From contig JAAZAW010000314.1 in the NCBI GenBank assembly GCA_012514125.1, positions 1-38,146 on the forward strand: DNA of 38,146 nucleotides, given 5' to 3'. The DNA is from Phycisphaerae bacterium. GTDB taxonomy: Bacteria; Planctomycetota; Phycisphaerae; JAAYCJ01. A program made the translations under genes and the position numbers. Every line of letters begins with the position of its first letter. Position 1 is the stretch's first letter. Under the pieces are notes generated by a model. The model made no database searches, had not been told where the DNA came from, and was given only the letters and a program-made list of their open reading frames with translations. Positions 26,198-35,036 of the stretch are shown in pieces.

Positions 26198-26244
26198 GAA
26201 TAGTAATCATTCCTAAATTGTAATCGGAAATTTTTAAAATGCAA
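26198..26244 (-). promoter_or_regulatory. Candidate sigma70-type promoter with an overlapping 7-1-7 Fur/PerR-type box
   Basis: The minus strand reads TTGCAT(26244-26239)-N16-TACAAT(26222-26217)-ttag-GAATGAT-T-ACTATTC(26212-26198). The half-sites match 5/7 as an inverted repeat. Confidence 0.45.
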
Positions 26245-26513
26245 GACCTTTTTAGGAAAAAATCCGAAGAAAGTATTTTACTGAATAGATGCTGTTTTAG
26301 GGATGAATATTATTTAATTTAATACGTTTCGGTCATTTTACGCCGATCCGCTCTCGCCCAATGGCTGAAACTTTCTTAGACTTTCGGGGCGATTACAAAT
26401 TTTATCAAAAACGCTGCTTGTCCAGTTCAATTAATCCTTTACAACTTCATTGTGCGGCGTTAAGATTGTAAAATTACTTGGCCCAAAGTGCCAGCCAGAA
26501 GGAGCATGCCGAA

Positions 26514-27293
26514 GTGCTAGCCCGACGAATTATACCATGCCTTGATGTCAATAAGGGTCGCGTTGTTAAGGGTATTAATTTCCTTAACTTACGAGACGCG
26601 GGAGATCCTGTGGAAGTGGCCCGGCGATATGAGCAGGCCGGCGCGGATGAACTGGTTTTTCTGGACATTACCGCCAGCCATGAAGGGCGCGATATTATTT
26701 TGGATGTGGTTCGAAGCACCGCCCAGCAGATATTTATGCCGTTGACGGTAGGGGGGGGCATTCGGACTATCGAGGATATTCGCCGATTGCTTAACGCGGG
26801 CGCGGACAAGGTTTCGATCAATACGGCTGCGGTGAAAGACCCGGAGCTGGTGACGGCGGCATCGCGTCGATTCGGCAGGCAGTGCATTGTGGTCAATATT
26901 GATCCCAAACGGGTTTACGATAGCGGGAAAGAGGTTTGGGAAGTGCATATTAACGGCGGCAGGGTTCGGACGGGACTCGAGGCGGTGGTCTGGGCGAAGG
27001 AAATGGAACGCCGGGGCGCCGGTGAGATTGTCCTGACGAGCATGGACGCCGACGGTACGCAGAATGGATATGATTTACCGATGACTCGCGCGGTGAGCGA
27101 GGCGGTGGATATTCCTGTGGTGGCCAGTGGGGGGGCAGGTTCGCCGCAGCACATTCTGGAGGTCCTGACCGAAGGCAAGGCGGACGCGTCGCTGGCGGCG
27201 AGTATTTTTCATTATGAAACGCATCCCATTGGCGAGGTCAAACAAATTCTGGCAGAACATCATGTGCCGGTGCGGATTGTCGAACCGGTGTAG
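26514..27293 (+). CDS. hisF: Imidazole glycerol phosphate synthase, cyclase subunit HisF
   Basis: [31 protein letters not shown], and [12 protein letters not shown] at 26514 with a GGAG 9 nt upstream gives a family-typical N-terminus. Confidence 0.9.
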   Translation: MLARRIIPCLDVNKGRVVKGINFLNLRDAGDPVEVARRYEQAGADELVFLDITASHEGRDIILDVVRSTAQQIFMPLTVGGGIRTIEDIRRLLNAGADKVSINTAAVKDPELVTAASRRFGRQCIVVNIDPKRVYDSGKEVWEVHINGGRVRTGLEAVVWAKEMERRGAGEIVLTSMDADGTQNGYDLPMTRAVSEAVDIPVVASGGAGSPQHILEVLTEGKADASLAASIFHYETHPIGEVKQILAEHHVPVRIVEPV

Positions 27294-27353
27294 CGTTAAA
27301 AATAAAAAGTTTATTATAATTAGTATAATTTTGCGGTGTGGAGATAGAAGGCG

Positions 27354-28508
27354 ATGAGTGAAGTATCCAATGGCGATGGACAGATTTCGATCGAATCGAC
27401 GGATATGTCCTCCGGTGAAGCCAAAATTGCATCTTTGTTCAAGGCGTTGATCAAACTTGGTGGTTCGGATTTACATCTTAAGGCGGGTGCCAAGCCCCGA
27501 ATTCGTTTGCAGGGGAGTTTAAAGGCGCTGGCGATGGATCCTTTGACGGATGAGCAGATCCTGGAGATGATGTTTGCGATCATGTCACCGGCCCACAAGG
27601 AACATTTCAAGGTCAATGGTGCGTCGGACTTTGCGTATGATCTTCATGGTCAGGACCGTTTTCGTATCAACGTTTTTCGTCAGCGGGGTGTGACGTCGGT
27701 GGCGGCCCGCCGTGTGACGCGGACGATTCCGACCCCGGAGCAGCTTCACCTGCCTCCTCACATGCTCAAGATCGCCGATGCCCGACAGGGGTTGATTTTG
27801 CTTTCGGGAATTACAGGCTCGGGTAAGAGCACCACGATCGCGGCGATGATCGAGTATATCAATATGGGGCGCGCGTGTCACATCGTGACACTGGAAGACC
27901 CGATTGAATATCTTTTCGAGGACCGCAAGTCGTTTATCAACCAGCGTGAAATCGGCATCGACGTGAATAATTTTCACGACGGGATCAAGTACCTGATGCG
28001 TGAAGACCCGGATGTCGTGCTGATTGGTGAAATGCGTGACAAGGAAACTTTTTCCGCGGCATTGCAGGCGGCGGAGACCGGTCACCTGGTATTCGGAACG
28101 GTTCACGCCTCGACGACGGCCCAGACGATTTCCCGTTTGCTGGATATGTTTCCCGCGGAGGAACGGGCGTTGATTCGTCAGTCGCTGGTGTTCAATTTGC
28201 GGGCGATCGTTACGCAGAAGCTTTTACCGAGCATTCTGGAGGGAGTGAGCCGGGTTCCGGCGGTGGAAATTCTGTTGACGAATCCGATGGTCAAAAAACT
28301 GATCGAAGACAGCCGTGAGACTGAAATCACCTCGATTCTCCGGAGCAGTTATCGCGACGGGATGCAGGATTTCACCGAATCGTTGCGTCAGTTGGTGGAC
28401 AAGGAATGGATCGAAGTCGAGGTGGCGTATGAAGTGGCGCCGAATCCGGAAGAATTGAAGATGCGGCTGCGGGGTATTTCGACCGGCGGTGGTGGGATTT
28501 TAGGATAA
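27354..28508 (+). CDS. pilT: Type IV pilus retraction ATPase PilT family
   Basis: GSDLHLKAG, RFRINVF, Walker A SGITGSGKSTT, Asp box TLEDPIEY, Walker B DPDVVLIGEMRD, and His box TGHLVFGTVHA. All are intact. Confidence 0.9.
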   Translation: MSEVSNGDGQISIESTDMSSGEAKIASLFKALIKLGGSDLHLKAGAKPRIRLQGSLKALAMDPLTDEQILEMMFAIMSPAHKEHFKVNGASDFAYDLHGQDRFRINVFRQRGVTSVAARRVTRTIPTPEQLHLPPHMLKIADARQGLILLSGITGSGKSTTIAAMIEYINMGRACHIVTLEDPIEYLFEDRKSFINQREIGIDVNNFHDGIKYLMREDPDVVLIGEMRDKETFSAALQAAETGHLVFGTVHASTTAQTISRLLDMFPAEERALIRQSLVFNLRAIVTQKLLPSILEGVSRVPAVEILLTNPMVKKLIEDSRETEITSILRSSYRDGMQDFTESLRQLVDKEWIEVEVAYEVAPNPEELKMRLRGISTGGGGILG

Positions 28509-28586
28509 GGCCGTCAAAAAGAAATCCAAAGAGACGATTCGTCAGAGTGTGTCTCTTTGATGAAACAGAAACCTTGGAGTACACTT

Positions 28587-30272
28587 ATGCTGGAAAATTT
28601 GATCTTGGGACAGGAGGCTGCGGTTCGTCTTCCGGAGATACCGGGGGAAGGTGGTTTTTTCAGTCTGGCGAAAATTATCGTCATGCTCGTGTTCATCTTT
28701 CTTTGGGCGCCGCCGGCGGGCTGGTGTGCCCGCGACGCTAAGCGGCTTAGCATCAACCAGTTCATGTGGGGTTGTGTGATCCTGAGCGGCGGAGTGCTCG
28801 GTTGGTTTTTCTGGTTTTTTGTACCGATTTACGCGGTGGGGTTGTTGTTCAATATCCTGCTGGCGTTCGGTGTGATTGTGGCTTACGCCGTTTATCGGGA
28901 TACGCTGGTCAATGATGACGAACGGATTTTAAAACCCTCGAATTTGCTCGCGGCGATCAAGGGCGAATCGGCGGGCGCTTCCTTCGAGGTGGTTGAAAAA
29001 GTTCGTTTGGCCAATTCCGCGGGACGCGAGCCCAAGATTCCGGAAGACCCCGAAGAGCAGAAATATTACCAGGCCTTCCAGGACCTGATGTTCGATGTAC
29101 TCTGGCGGCGTGCGGAGGAATTGTTCGTTCAGCCTGCCGGTGAAACCATGAAAATCCTGTTTCGCATCGACGGTGTAATCGCGGAATATGGTCATTGGGA
29201 TCGCGCTTTGGGGCAGTCGGTCATTCAGTATGTCAAGACGATCTGTGGATTGGATGTGAACGAACATCGCCAACCCCAGAAGTCCAAGTTAATGGCTCAG
29301 CAGGTTCACGTCGACCGCAAGGTGACGCTGGATATTGAAACCGCCGGCTCGCGGGCGGGCGAAAAACTGGTGATCCGGATTCGCGCGGAGGAAGCGAAGT
29401 TCACCGTTACCGATATCGGATTTTCCGATGAGCAGATCGCCAAGGTTCAAAGTTCCATCGACGCGAAAAAAGGACTCGTGCTCATCAGCGGCATGGGTCA
29501 TGCGGGACTCACGAGTACGATTTACGCCATTGGGCGAAGTATGGACGCGTTTGTTCAGAACATTCACAGCGTCGAGACCAAGCCGTTGATGGAGCTTGAC
29601 AATATCACCCAGAACATTTACGAGGCGGGATCGGATAAATCTTTCGCCCGTTACTTGCAGACGATTTCCCGGCGTGAACCTGATATTCTTCTGGTCGATC
29701 CGTGCAAAGACGCCGAGACGGCCAAGATGATCGTTCAACTGGTGTCGGGAAAGAATAAGAAAGTCTTTACCACGCTCCATGCGACCAATACGCTGACCGC
29801 CCTGGGACGGATGATGAAGTGGAACGAATCGCCGGAACAGGTGGCGGACACGGTGCTGGCGGTGATGTTTCAACGTCTGGTTCGTAAGCTGTGTCCCGCC
29901 TGTCGGGAGGCGTATAAACCCAATCCGGAGACGCTACGGAAGATGAATCTTTCGAGCCGCGAAAATGTGACGTTTTATCGTCCGCCGTCCCAGCAGATGG
30001 TGGACAAGAAGGGAAATCCGATCGTTTGTGCAACCTGCCAGGGCAGCGGGTATGTCGGCAGGACCGCCGTTTTTGAGACCATGTTTATCGATGACAACCT
30101 TCGCGAGGCGATTCGCAGCGGCGAGGGTCGGGCGATCAAATCGGCGGCCCGGAAGTCGGGTTTGAAATACTGGGACGAATCGGCCCTGGAAAAAGTGCTT
30201 GCGGGAATCACGAGCGTTCAGGAAATAATTCGCGTAAGCAAAGAAGCCCAGATGGCGATCAAGAAGGACTAG
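28587..30272 (+). CDS. Membrane-anchored GspE/PilB-family protein with degenerate nucleotide-binding motifs (predicted pseudo-ATPase)
   Basis: About three N-terminal TM helices (aa 36-113 in track numbering). GspE N2-like FRIDGV...GLDVNEHRQPQKSK. In place of the Walker A, SGMGHAGLTST; in place of the Walker B, PDILLVDPCKD. The tetracysteine CPAC...CATC and GYVGRTAVFE are retained. I prefer the ATG at 28587 (GGAG 7 nt upstream); the alternative is 28560. Confidence 0.75.
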   Translation: MLENLILGQEAAVRLPEIPGEGGFFSLAKIIVMLVFIFLWAPPAGWCARDAKRLSINQFMWGCVILSGGVLGWFFWFFVPIYAVGLLFNILLAFGVIVAYAVYRDTLVNDDERILKPSNLLAAIKGESAGASFEVVEKVRLANSAGREPKIPEDPEEQKYYQAFQDLMFDVLWRRAEELFVQPAGETMKILFRIDGVIAEYGHWDRALGQSVIQYVKTICGLDVNEHRQPQKSKLMAQQVHVDRKVTLDIETAGSRAGEKLVIRIRAEEAKFTVTDIGFSDEQIAKVQSSIDAKKGLVLISGMGHAGLTSTIYAIGRSMDAFVQNIHSVETKPLMELDNITQNIYEAGSDKSFARYLQTISRREPDILLVDPCKDAETAKMIVQLVSGKNKKVFTTLHATNTLTALGRMMKWNESPEQVADTVLAVMFQRLVRKLCPACREAYKPNPETLRKMNLSSRENVTFYRPPSQQMVDKKGNPIVCATCQGSGYVGRTAVFETMFIDDNLREAIRSGEGRAIKSAARKSGLKYWDESALEKVLAGITSVQEIIRVSKEAQMAIKKD

Positions 30273-30337
30273 ACGATGTGTCATACGGAACGATTTGAGA
30301 CTGTGAACCAGAGAAAATATATTACGGAGGTTTTGCC

Positions 30338-32128
30338 GTGTTATTCGTAATCCTTTCCTTATTGCTCTTTGCCGGCATCGCGTTTTTTCAGACGCTTCAG
30401 GGAACGTACAGCGCCCTGATCATGGTGGTGCTGACGATCCTGTCGGCGGCTTTATCGGCGAACTATTATGGTGTGCTCAGCCAGGCGTTCTTTATCGAAT
30501 ATATTCCCGACTATGCCGACGCGGTATCGCTGGCGGCGATTTTTTTCATTACGCTGATGGTGCTTCGGACGCTGTCGGACCATTTCATTCGTTCCAATAT
30601 CGTGATTTATCCGCTGCCGGATCGGATTTGCGCGGGGCTGTTGAGTATTCCCTCGGCGCTGCTGATCGTGGGCATGGGCAGTATTTCACTTGAACTGTTG
30701 CCGTATAACGACCAGGTCATGCTTTTCGATCGTTTCAAGACCACTAATGGCAAGACCGTTCAAAAAGGGATTTTTCCGTTCGCCGATGAATTCACCGGCG
30801 GGTTGCTCGCGAAACTCAGCAACGGCAGTTTGAGAAGCGGCGACGATATGGACAAGAAATTCGGTGCGGTTCATTCGGATTGGGCCTCGGAGACCAGCGC
30901 CGGCCGAATCGCGATTCAGAAAGAATCTCGCCATGCGGTGGTGAAAGATGCGGTTCGGGTCACTCGGGTCTGGAAGTTGACCAGTCCGCTGGTTGTGAAG
31001 AATTTTGAACTCAACCGGAGATATCACGGTGGAGCGTGGGAAAAGCAGGTCACGCTGGGCGAAAAGCGCTATGCGAGCGACAATGCTTCATACCTGGCCA
31101 TGACGATCGAACTGGATTCCCGTGCGGCGGACGGCGACGGGTTTCATCGTTTCGGATGGGGGCAGGTCCGCCTTGTCGGATTCAAGGGCAATCCCGCAAA
31201 CGAACGGATGATGAATATGTACGCGATCGGATTTCGCGATCCGAGCAAGTCGGCGGAATTTGATTATATGCGGGTAAACGTTCCCATTGAGCCTCCCGCG
31301 GAGGATGATGAGGCCGAGCCGGGCCGGCGGAACTATGGTCCGATTTCGAAAAACAACACCTTTGATGTGGTGTTTGAAGTACCAGAAGATTTCACCCCGT
31401 GGTTCCTTGAATATAAACGCTGGGCGAGGGCATCGATGCCGAAGATGCAGGATGGAAAGACCGCCGAGCCGGAATCGGTGGTGACGGTGCCGACGGATAC
31501 GCAGTCCCCGGCAGGCGGATCGGTCGGGGAGACGGAGCGGGCGGGCTGGCATAGCGAACTGCAGGTCGATTCGAATCGAACGCGGTTCACGAAGGAATTG
31601 CCCTTTACTGTTAAACTCGATGCCGTTCGCAACGCCGGCGATGCGGAATTTGACGGAAGCGAGTTTGCACGGGGACGAATCGCCGGAGATCTCGGAACCG
31701 GTCAAGGCTCGCTGAATATCGGTATCAGTGCGACGATTCGGGAATTTTCCGTTCCGCAGGATAAACGATTGCTGCGGGTGGAATGCGACTTTAGTCCGGC
31801 TCAGAATTCCCTGCTTCAGAAAATTTTCGGCGCGGTTCAGGGCGTGTCGCAGAAAAAAGCCATTTCCAAAGACGGTACGACGTTTTTGCCGGTCGGCCAG
31901 TATGTGATGGTCAATGATTCGAATGGTCAACAGGTCGAGTTGATTTATGAACCGGACATGGAAGGGCAGGCAATGACCTTTCAGAAGGTTCAGATGAGCC
32001 GGCTCAGGGGCAGCGGCGGCAAGATCGGGCTGTTGTATCTGGTCCCGCCGGGAACGGAACTTTCACGGTTTGAAATCGGTGGGGTTCCCATCGAGGCACA
32101 AACGCTGCAACTGTCGGCTCCGCGATAA
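30338..32128 (+). CDS. CvpA-like four-TM membrane domain fused to a ~470-aa C-terminal domain of unknown function
   Basis: GTG start with a GGAGG RBS 7 nt upstream. The N-terminus resembles the CvpA family (TM helices, DRICAGLLSIPSALLIVGMG). I do not recognise the remainder. Confidence 0.6.
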   Translation: MLFVILSLLLFAGIAFFQTLQGTYSALIMVVLTILSAALSANYYGVLSQAFFIEYIPDYADAVSLAAIFFITLMVLRTLSDHFIRSNIVIYPLPDRICAGLLSIPSALLIVGMGSISLELLPYNDQVMLFDRFKTTNGKTVQKGIFPFADEFTGGLLAKLSNGSLRSGDDMDKKFGAVHSDWASETSAGRIAIQKESRHAVVKDAVRVTRVWKLTSPLVVKNFELNRRYHGGAWEKQVTLGEKRYASDNASYLAMTIELDSRAADGDGFHRFGWGQVRLVGFKGNPANERMMNMYAIGFRDPSKSAEFDYMRVNVPIEPPAEDDEAEPGRRNYGPISKNNTFDVVFEVPEDFTPWFLEYKRWARASMPKMQDGKTAEPESVVTVPTDTQSPAGGSVGETERAGWHSELQVDSNRTRFTKELPFTVKLDAVRNAGDAEFDGSEFARGRIAGDLGTGQGSLNIGISATIREFSVPQDKRLLRVECDFSPAQNSLLQKIFGAVQGVSQKKAISKDGTTFLPVGQYVMVNDSNGQQVELIYEPDMEGQAMTFQKVQMSRLRGSGGKIGLLYLVPPGTELSRFEIGGVPIEAQTLQLSAPR

Positions 32129-32158
32129 CTTTTTGTGTTGACCGACAAACTCCGAAAA

Positions 32159-32710
32159 TCAGGATGCGTCATTCTCCTGGAACGAGGCGCGTTTTTCCTG
32201 TTTCATGGAGGAGATTTTTTCTTTGAGTTTTTCAGCCACCCGTTGGGGGACCATGGAACTGACGTCGCCGCCCATTGTCGCTACTTGCTTGATCAGGGAA
32301 CTGCTTGTCAGTGCGTAACGGTCGCCTGTGAGCATCAGCAGCGTTTCAACGCCCCCGGCCAGACGGTTGGTGTTGGCTTGCTGGAGTTCGTAACGTAAAT
32401 CGACCGAGTCCCGCACGCCCTTGATGATGACGGTTCCGCCGACGGATTTGACGAAATCGATGGTCAGGCCTTCGTAGCCCTGGACTTCGACGTTGGGGAT
32501 ACCCTTGATCAGCTCGCGGATCAACTCGACGCGTTCGGATTTGGAAAAAAGCTCGACTTTTTCCGGGTTGGTGCCGACGGCGACGATAACACGATTGAAA
32601 ATCAGGGCACTGCGCCGGATGATGTCCAGGTGGCCTTCGGTAATCGGATCAAACCCGCCTGAAAAAACGGCGATGACCGGTTTGATATTGTGTTCCGTAT
32701 TGTTGTTCAT
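32159..32710 (-). CDS. coaD: Phosphopantetheine adenylyltransferase
   Basis: IAVFSGGFDPITEGHLDIIRR, VAVGTNPEK, and the C-terminal SSSLIKQV. ATG at 32710 with an AGGAGA RBS. Confidence 0.9.
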   Translation of the reverse strand: MNNNTEHNIKPVIAVFSGGFDPITEGHLDIIRRSALIFNRVIVAVGTNPEKVELFSKSERVELIRELIKGIPNVEVQGYEGLTIDFVKSVGGTVIIKGVRDSVDLRYELQQANTNRLAGGVETLLMLTGDRYALTSSSLIKQVATMGGDVSSMVPQRVAEKLKEKISSMKQEKRASFQENDAS

Positions 32711-32758
32711 CGTTTTATCTCCTGGTCCCAAAGGGCTCCATCCTTCGCCGCCGGCGAT

Positions 32759-33847
32759 TCAGGAACGGTTGACTTCCTGTTGTTTGTCCCATCGATATCG
32801 CCAGACCTGACGCGAGGTAATCAATCCCGCTATTTTATCATCATGCAGGACCAGAACGCACGGTAAATTTCGTTGATCCATGAGTTGAACAATCTGTGCC
32901 AGGGGATCCAGGGGCGAGCAATAATGGATTTCAAGACTCATCAATTGTGAAACCCGGCGATCCATCTGATGGTCCTGCATGGCCGTGACGATGGTCCGGC
33001 GGGTGAGGAGTCCGACGGTTTCATCGCCTGCGACGACGGGAAAATGGTCCTGGGTGGATTCCATCATCCGATGAAAAACCTCGTCGATGGTCTCGTCGGG
33101 ATGGACGGTCTGGACTCGCGTCTGCATGACGTCGGCTACTAGGGCGTCGGCAATGGCGGTTCGCCAGGCGGCGGAGCGTTTTTCAGATTCGGCACCGAAA
33201 TAGATGAAAATAGCGATGAGTCCCAGCCAGGAGTTAAAATATCCGAATAACGTCATCAGGAACAAACCCACCGCAAGCCCCTGTCCGATTTTGACGGCGA
33301 TTTGTGTGGCGGGTTCAAATCCCTGCCTGGACCATAGAACCGCTCGCAAGATGCGCCCGCCGTCCATCGGAAAAGCGGGGACAAGATTGAAGATGCCCAG
33401 AGCCAGATTGATAATGCTCATCTCGACGATCAGGGGTGTGGCGATGGCGGATTTTGCCAGGGAATTCCAGAGGTCCGTTCCATATTGATGATAGGTTCCC
33501 ACGAGAAAAGCCGTGCCCAGCGACAGGCTTACCGCCGGTCCTGCCAGGGCGATGAGGAACTCGGCGCGGGCGGAATCGGGCAGAGTTTTCATGGCGGCCA
33601 TTCCGCCGATGGGCAGGAGCGTGATGCTTTCGACTCCGACCCCGTATCGTCGTGCCATCAAACTGTGTCCAAGTTCATGGAGCAGGACGCAAAAGAAGAC
33701 AAGAACGACATGAAAGATACCGGGCAGACCTCCCTGATTTCCCGATGAAGAGGTATTGAACCCGATCCAGGCCAACAGTAGTAGAAATGTAACGTGCAGC
33801 CGGATGGGAATGCCGAAAATCGTTCCTATGGTAAATGACCATCGCAT
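32759..33847 (-). CDS. Site-2 protease family (M50) metalloprotease with a C-terminal CBS pair
   Basis: HELGHSLMARRYG (HExxH), NLVPAFPMDGGRIL, and CBS-like DVMQTRVQTVHPDE... Confidence 0.85.
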   Translation of the reverse strand: MRWSFTIGTIFGIPIRLHVTFLLLLAWIGFNTSSSGNQGGLPGIFHVVLVFFCVLLHELGHSLMARRYGVGVESITLLPIGGMAAMKTLPDSARAEFLIALAGPAVSLSLGTAFLVGTYHQYGTDLWNSLAKSAIATPLIVEMSIINLALGIFNLVPAFPMDGGRILRAVLWSRQGFEPATQIAVKIGQGLAVGLFLMTLFGYFNSWLGLIAIFIYFGAESEKRSAAWRTAIADALVADVMQTRVQTVHPDETIDEVFHRMMESTQDHFPVVAGDETVGLLTRRTIVTAMQDHQMDRRVSQLMSLEIHYCSPLDPLAQIVQLMDQRNLPCVLVLHDDKIAGLITSRQVWRYRWDKQQEVNRS

Positions 33848-33950
33848 GAAAGAGATATTCCTTATCTGCCCGGAGCAGGCCCGGCCTGCTGCGAGCGTTG
33901 AAAAGAATCTGTCAACTTTGTATCAGAGCCTGACTTGTATATCCTGGTTC

Positions 33951-34826
33951 TCAATATGATTTTTCCGGACTTTTATTTTCAGAAAGTTCGAGTTTTTTGG
34001 TTCGGCGGACAACGTTTGTGCCGACTGGACGGCGTTGATTCCGGGCGAGAATGAAAATCGGTTCATCACAATCAAGATCGCCGGGCTCCTGTTCCAGCGT
34101 TCGGGCGATTCGTTCTCTGGCGGAGACAACATAGGTTTCCGAGAGATCGAAGGCGAGATAGTTTCTTTTCAGGACCGCGGCGGTCAGTGCGGTTGTCCCC
34201 GAACCGCTGAACGGATCGAGAACGAGGTCGCCGGGATTGCTCGATGTTTTGATGATTCGAGCGAGCAATTTTGTGGGCATCTGACAGTTGTGCCAGCCCT
34301 CGCGTTCTTTAAAGGTTCCGCAGACTCTGGAATATCGCCAGACATCATCGGGGATCTTTCCTCTGGAATCGGCGCGCTTGTCGTTGTAGACCAACTGACG
34401 AGCCGAGGGGACTCGAATTTCCCTGTCATTGAAAAGAAAATTCTTCGGATCGGCGACGAAATAGAAAATGTGGGTATGGGCACGGGCGAATTTCATTTTT
34501 GTCTGCTGACCAAAGGTGTAATGCCAGATGATCCAGTTTCGCAGGTGCAGGCCCAGTTCCCGTGCGAACATTCGGATCTCCGCCGCGTAGTCGTCGCCGA
34601 TGGCGATATAGAACGAGCCGTCGGGCGTGAGCACTTCCCGGCAGGCGTGCATCCATTGTCGGGTCCAATCGCAATATTCATCGTATTTTTTGTTGTCATT
34701 GTAAATATCGTAGGCATAGCCGATGTTAAAAGGCGGATCGGCAAAGATCAGCCGCACAGGCAGACCTTTGACCTGGCCGAGAAGTTTGATGCAATCGCCG
34801 TGATAAATTTCGTTGATTTTCAGCAT
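33951..34826 (-). CDS. Beta-class DNA methyltransferase (N6-adenine or N4-cytosine), apparently orphan
   Basis: Motif IV IFADPPFNIGY lies N-terminal to motif I VLDPFSGSGTTA. No endonuclease-like neighbour is present. Confidence 0.8.
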   Translation of the reverse strand: MLKINEIYHGDCIKLLGQVKGLPVRLIFADPPFNIGYAYDIYNDNKKYDEYCDWTRQWMHACREVLTPDGSFYIAIGDDYAAEIRMFARELGLHLRNWIIWHYTFGQQTKMKFARAHTHIFYFVADPKNFLFNDREIRVPSARQLVYNDKRADSRGKIPDDVWRYSRVCGTFKEREGWHNCQMPTKLLARIIKTSSNPGDLVLDPFSGSGTTALTAAVLKRNYLAFDLSETYVVSARERIARTLEQEPGDLDCDEPIFILARNQRRPVGTNVVRRTKKLELSENKSPEKSY

Positions 34827-35036
34827 TGTCGTCTCATATTAAAAAATCATATTTTTGTTATCCGCTCATCGGAATGGATACATGGTATAATATTACAACC
34901 GTTATGTCGATATATTGTATTGATACAAAGCAAAGAAGAAGTTGGGAAAAGTCTGTGAATCTGGAGAATTCGGGATTTTCAGGCAGACACACCAGCCAAC
35001 GCCGCAGAAAATTTACTTGAAAACCCCAAATAACTC

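Noticed and set aside
26514-27293. An isolated hisF with no other histidine-biosynthesis genes nearby, considered as a possible sign of horizontal transfer.
   Set aside because: His genes are scattered in many lineages. I see no compositional break or mobile-element flank by eye, so this is not evidence of anything unusual.
27354-30272. Reading pilT plus the GspE-like gene as part of an ordinary type IV pilus or T2SS locus.
   Set aside because: There is no pilin, prepilin peptidase, PilC/GspF, PilM-Q or secretin gene anywhere in the 38 kb. The second ATPase homologue is also membrane-anchored and motif-degenerate, so I treated it as a separate module under findings.
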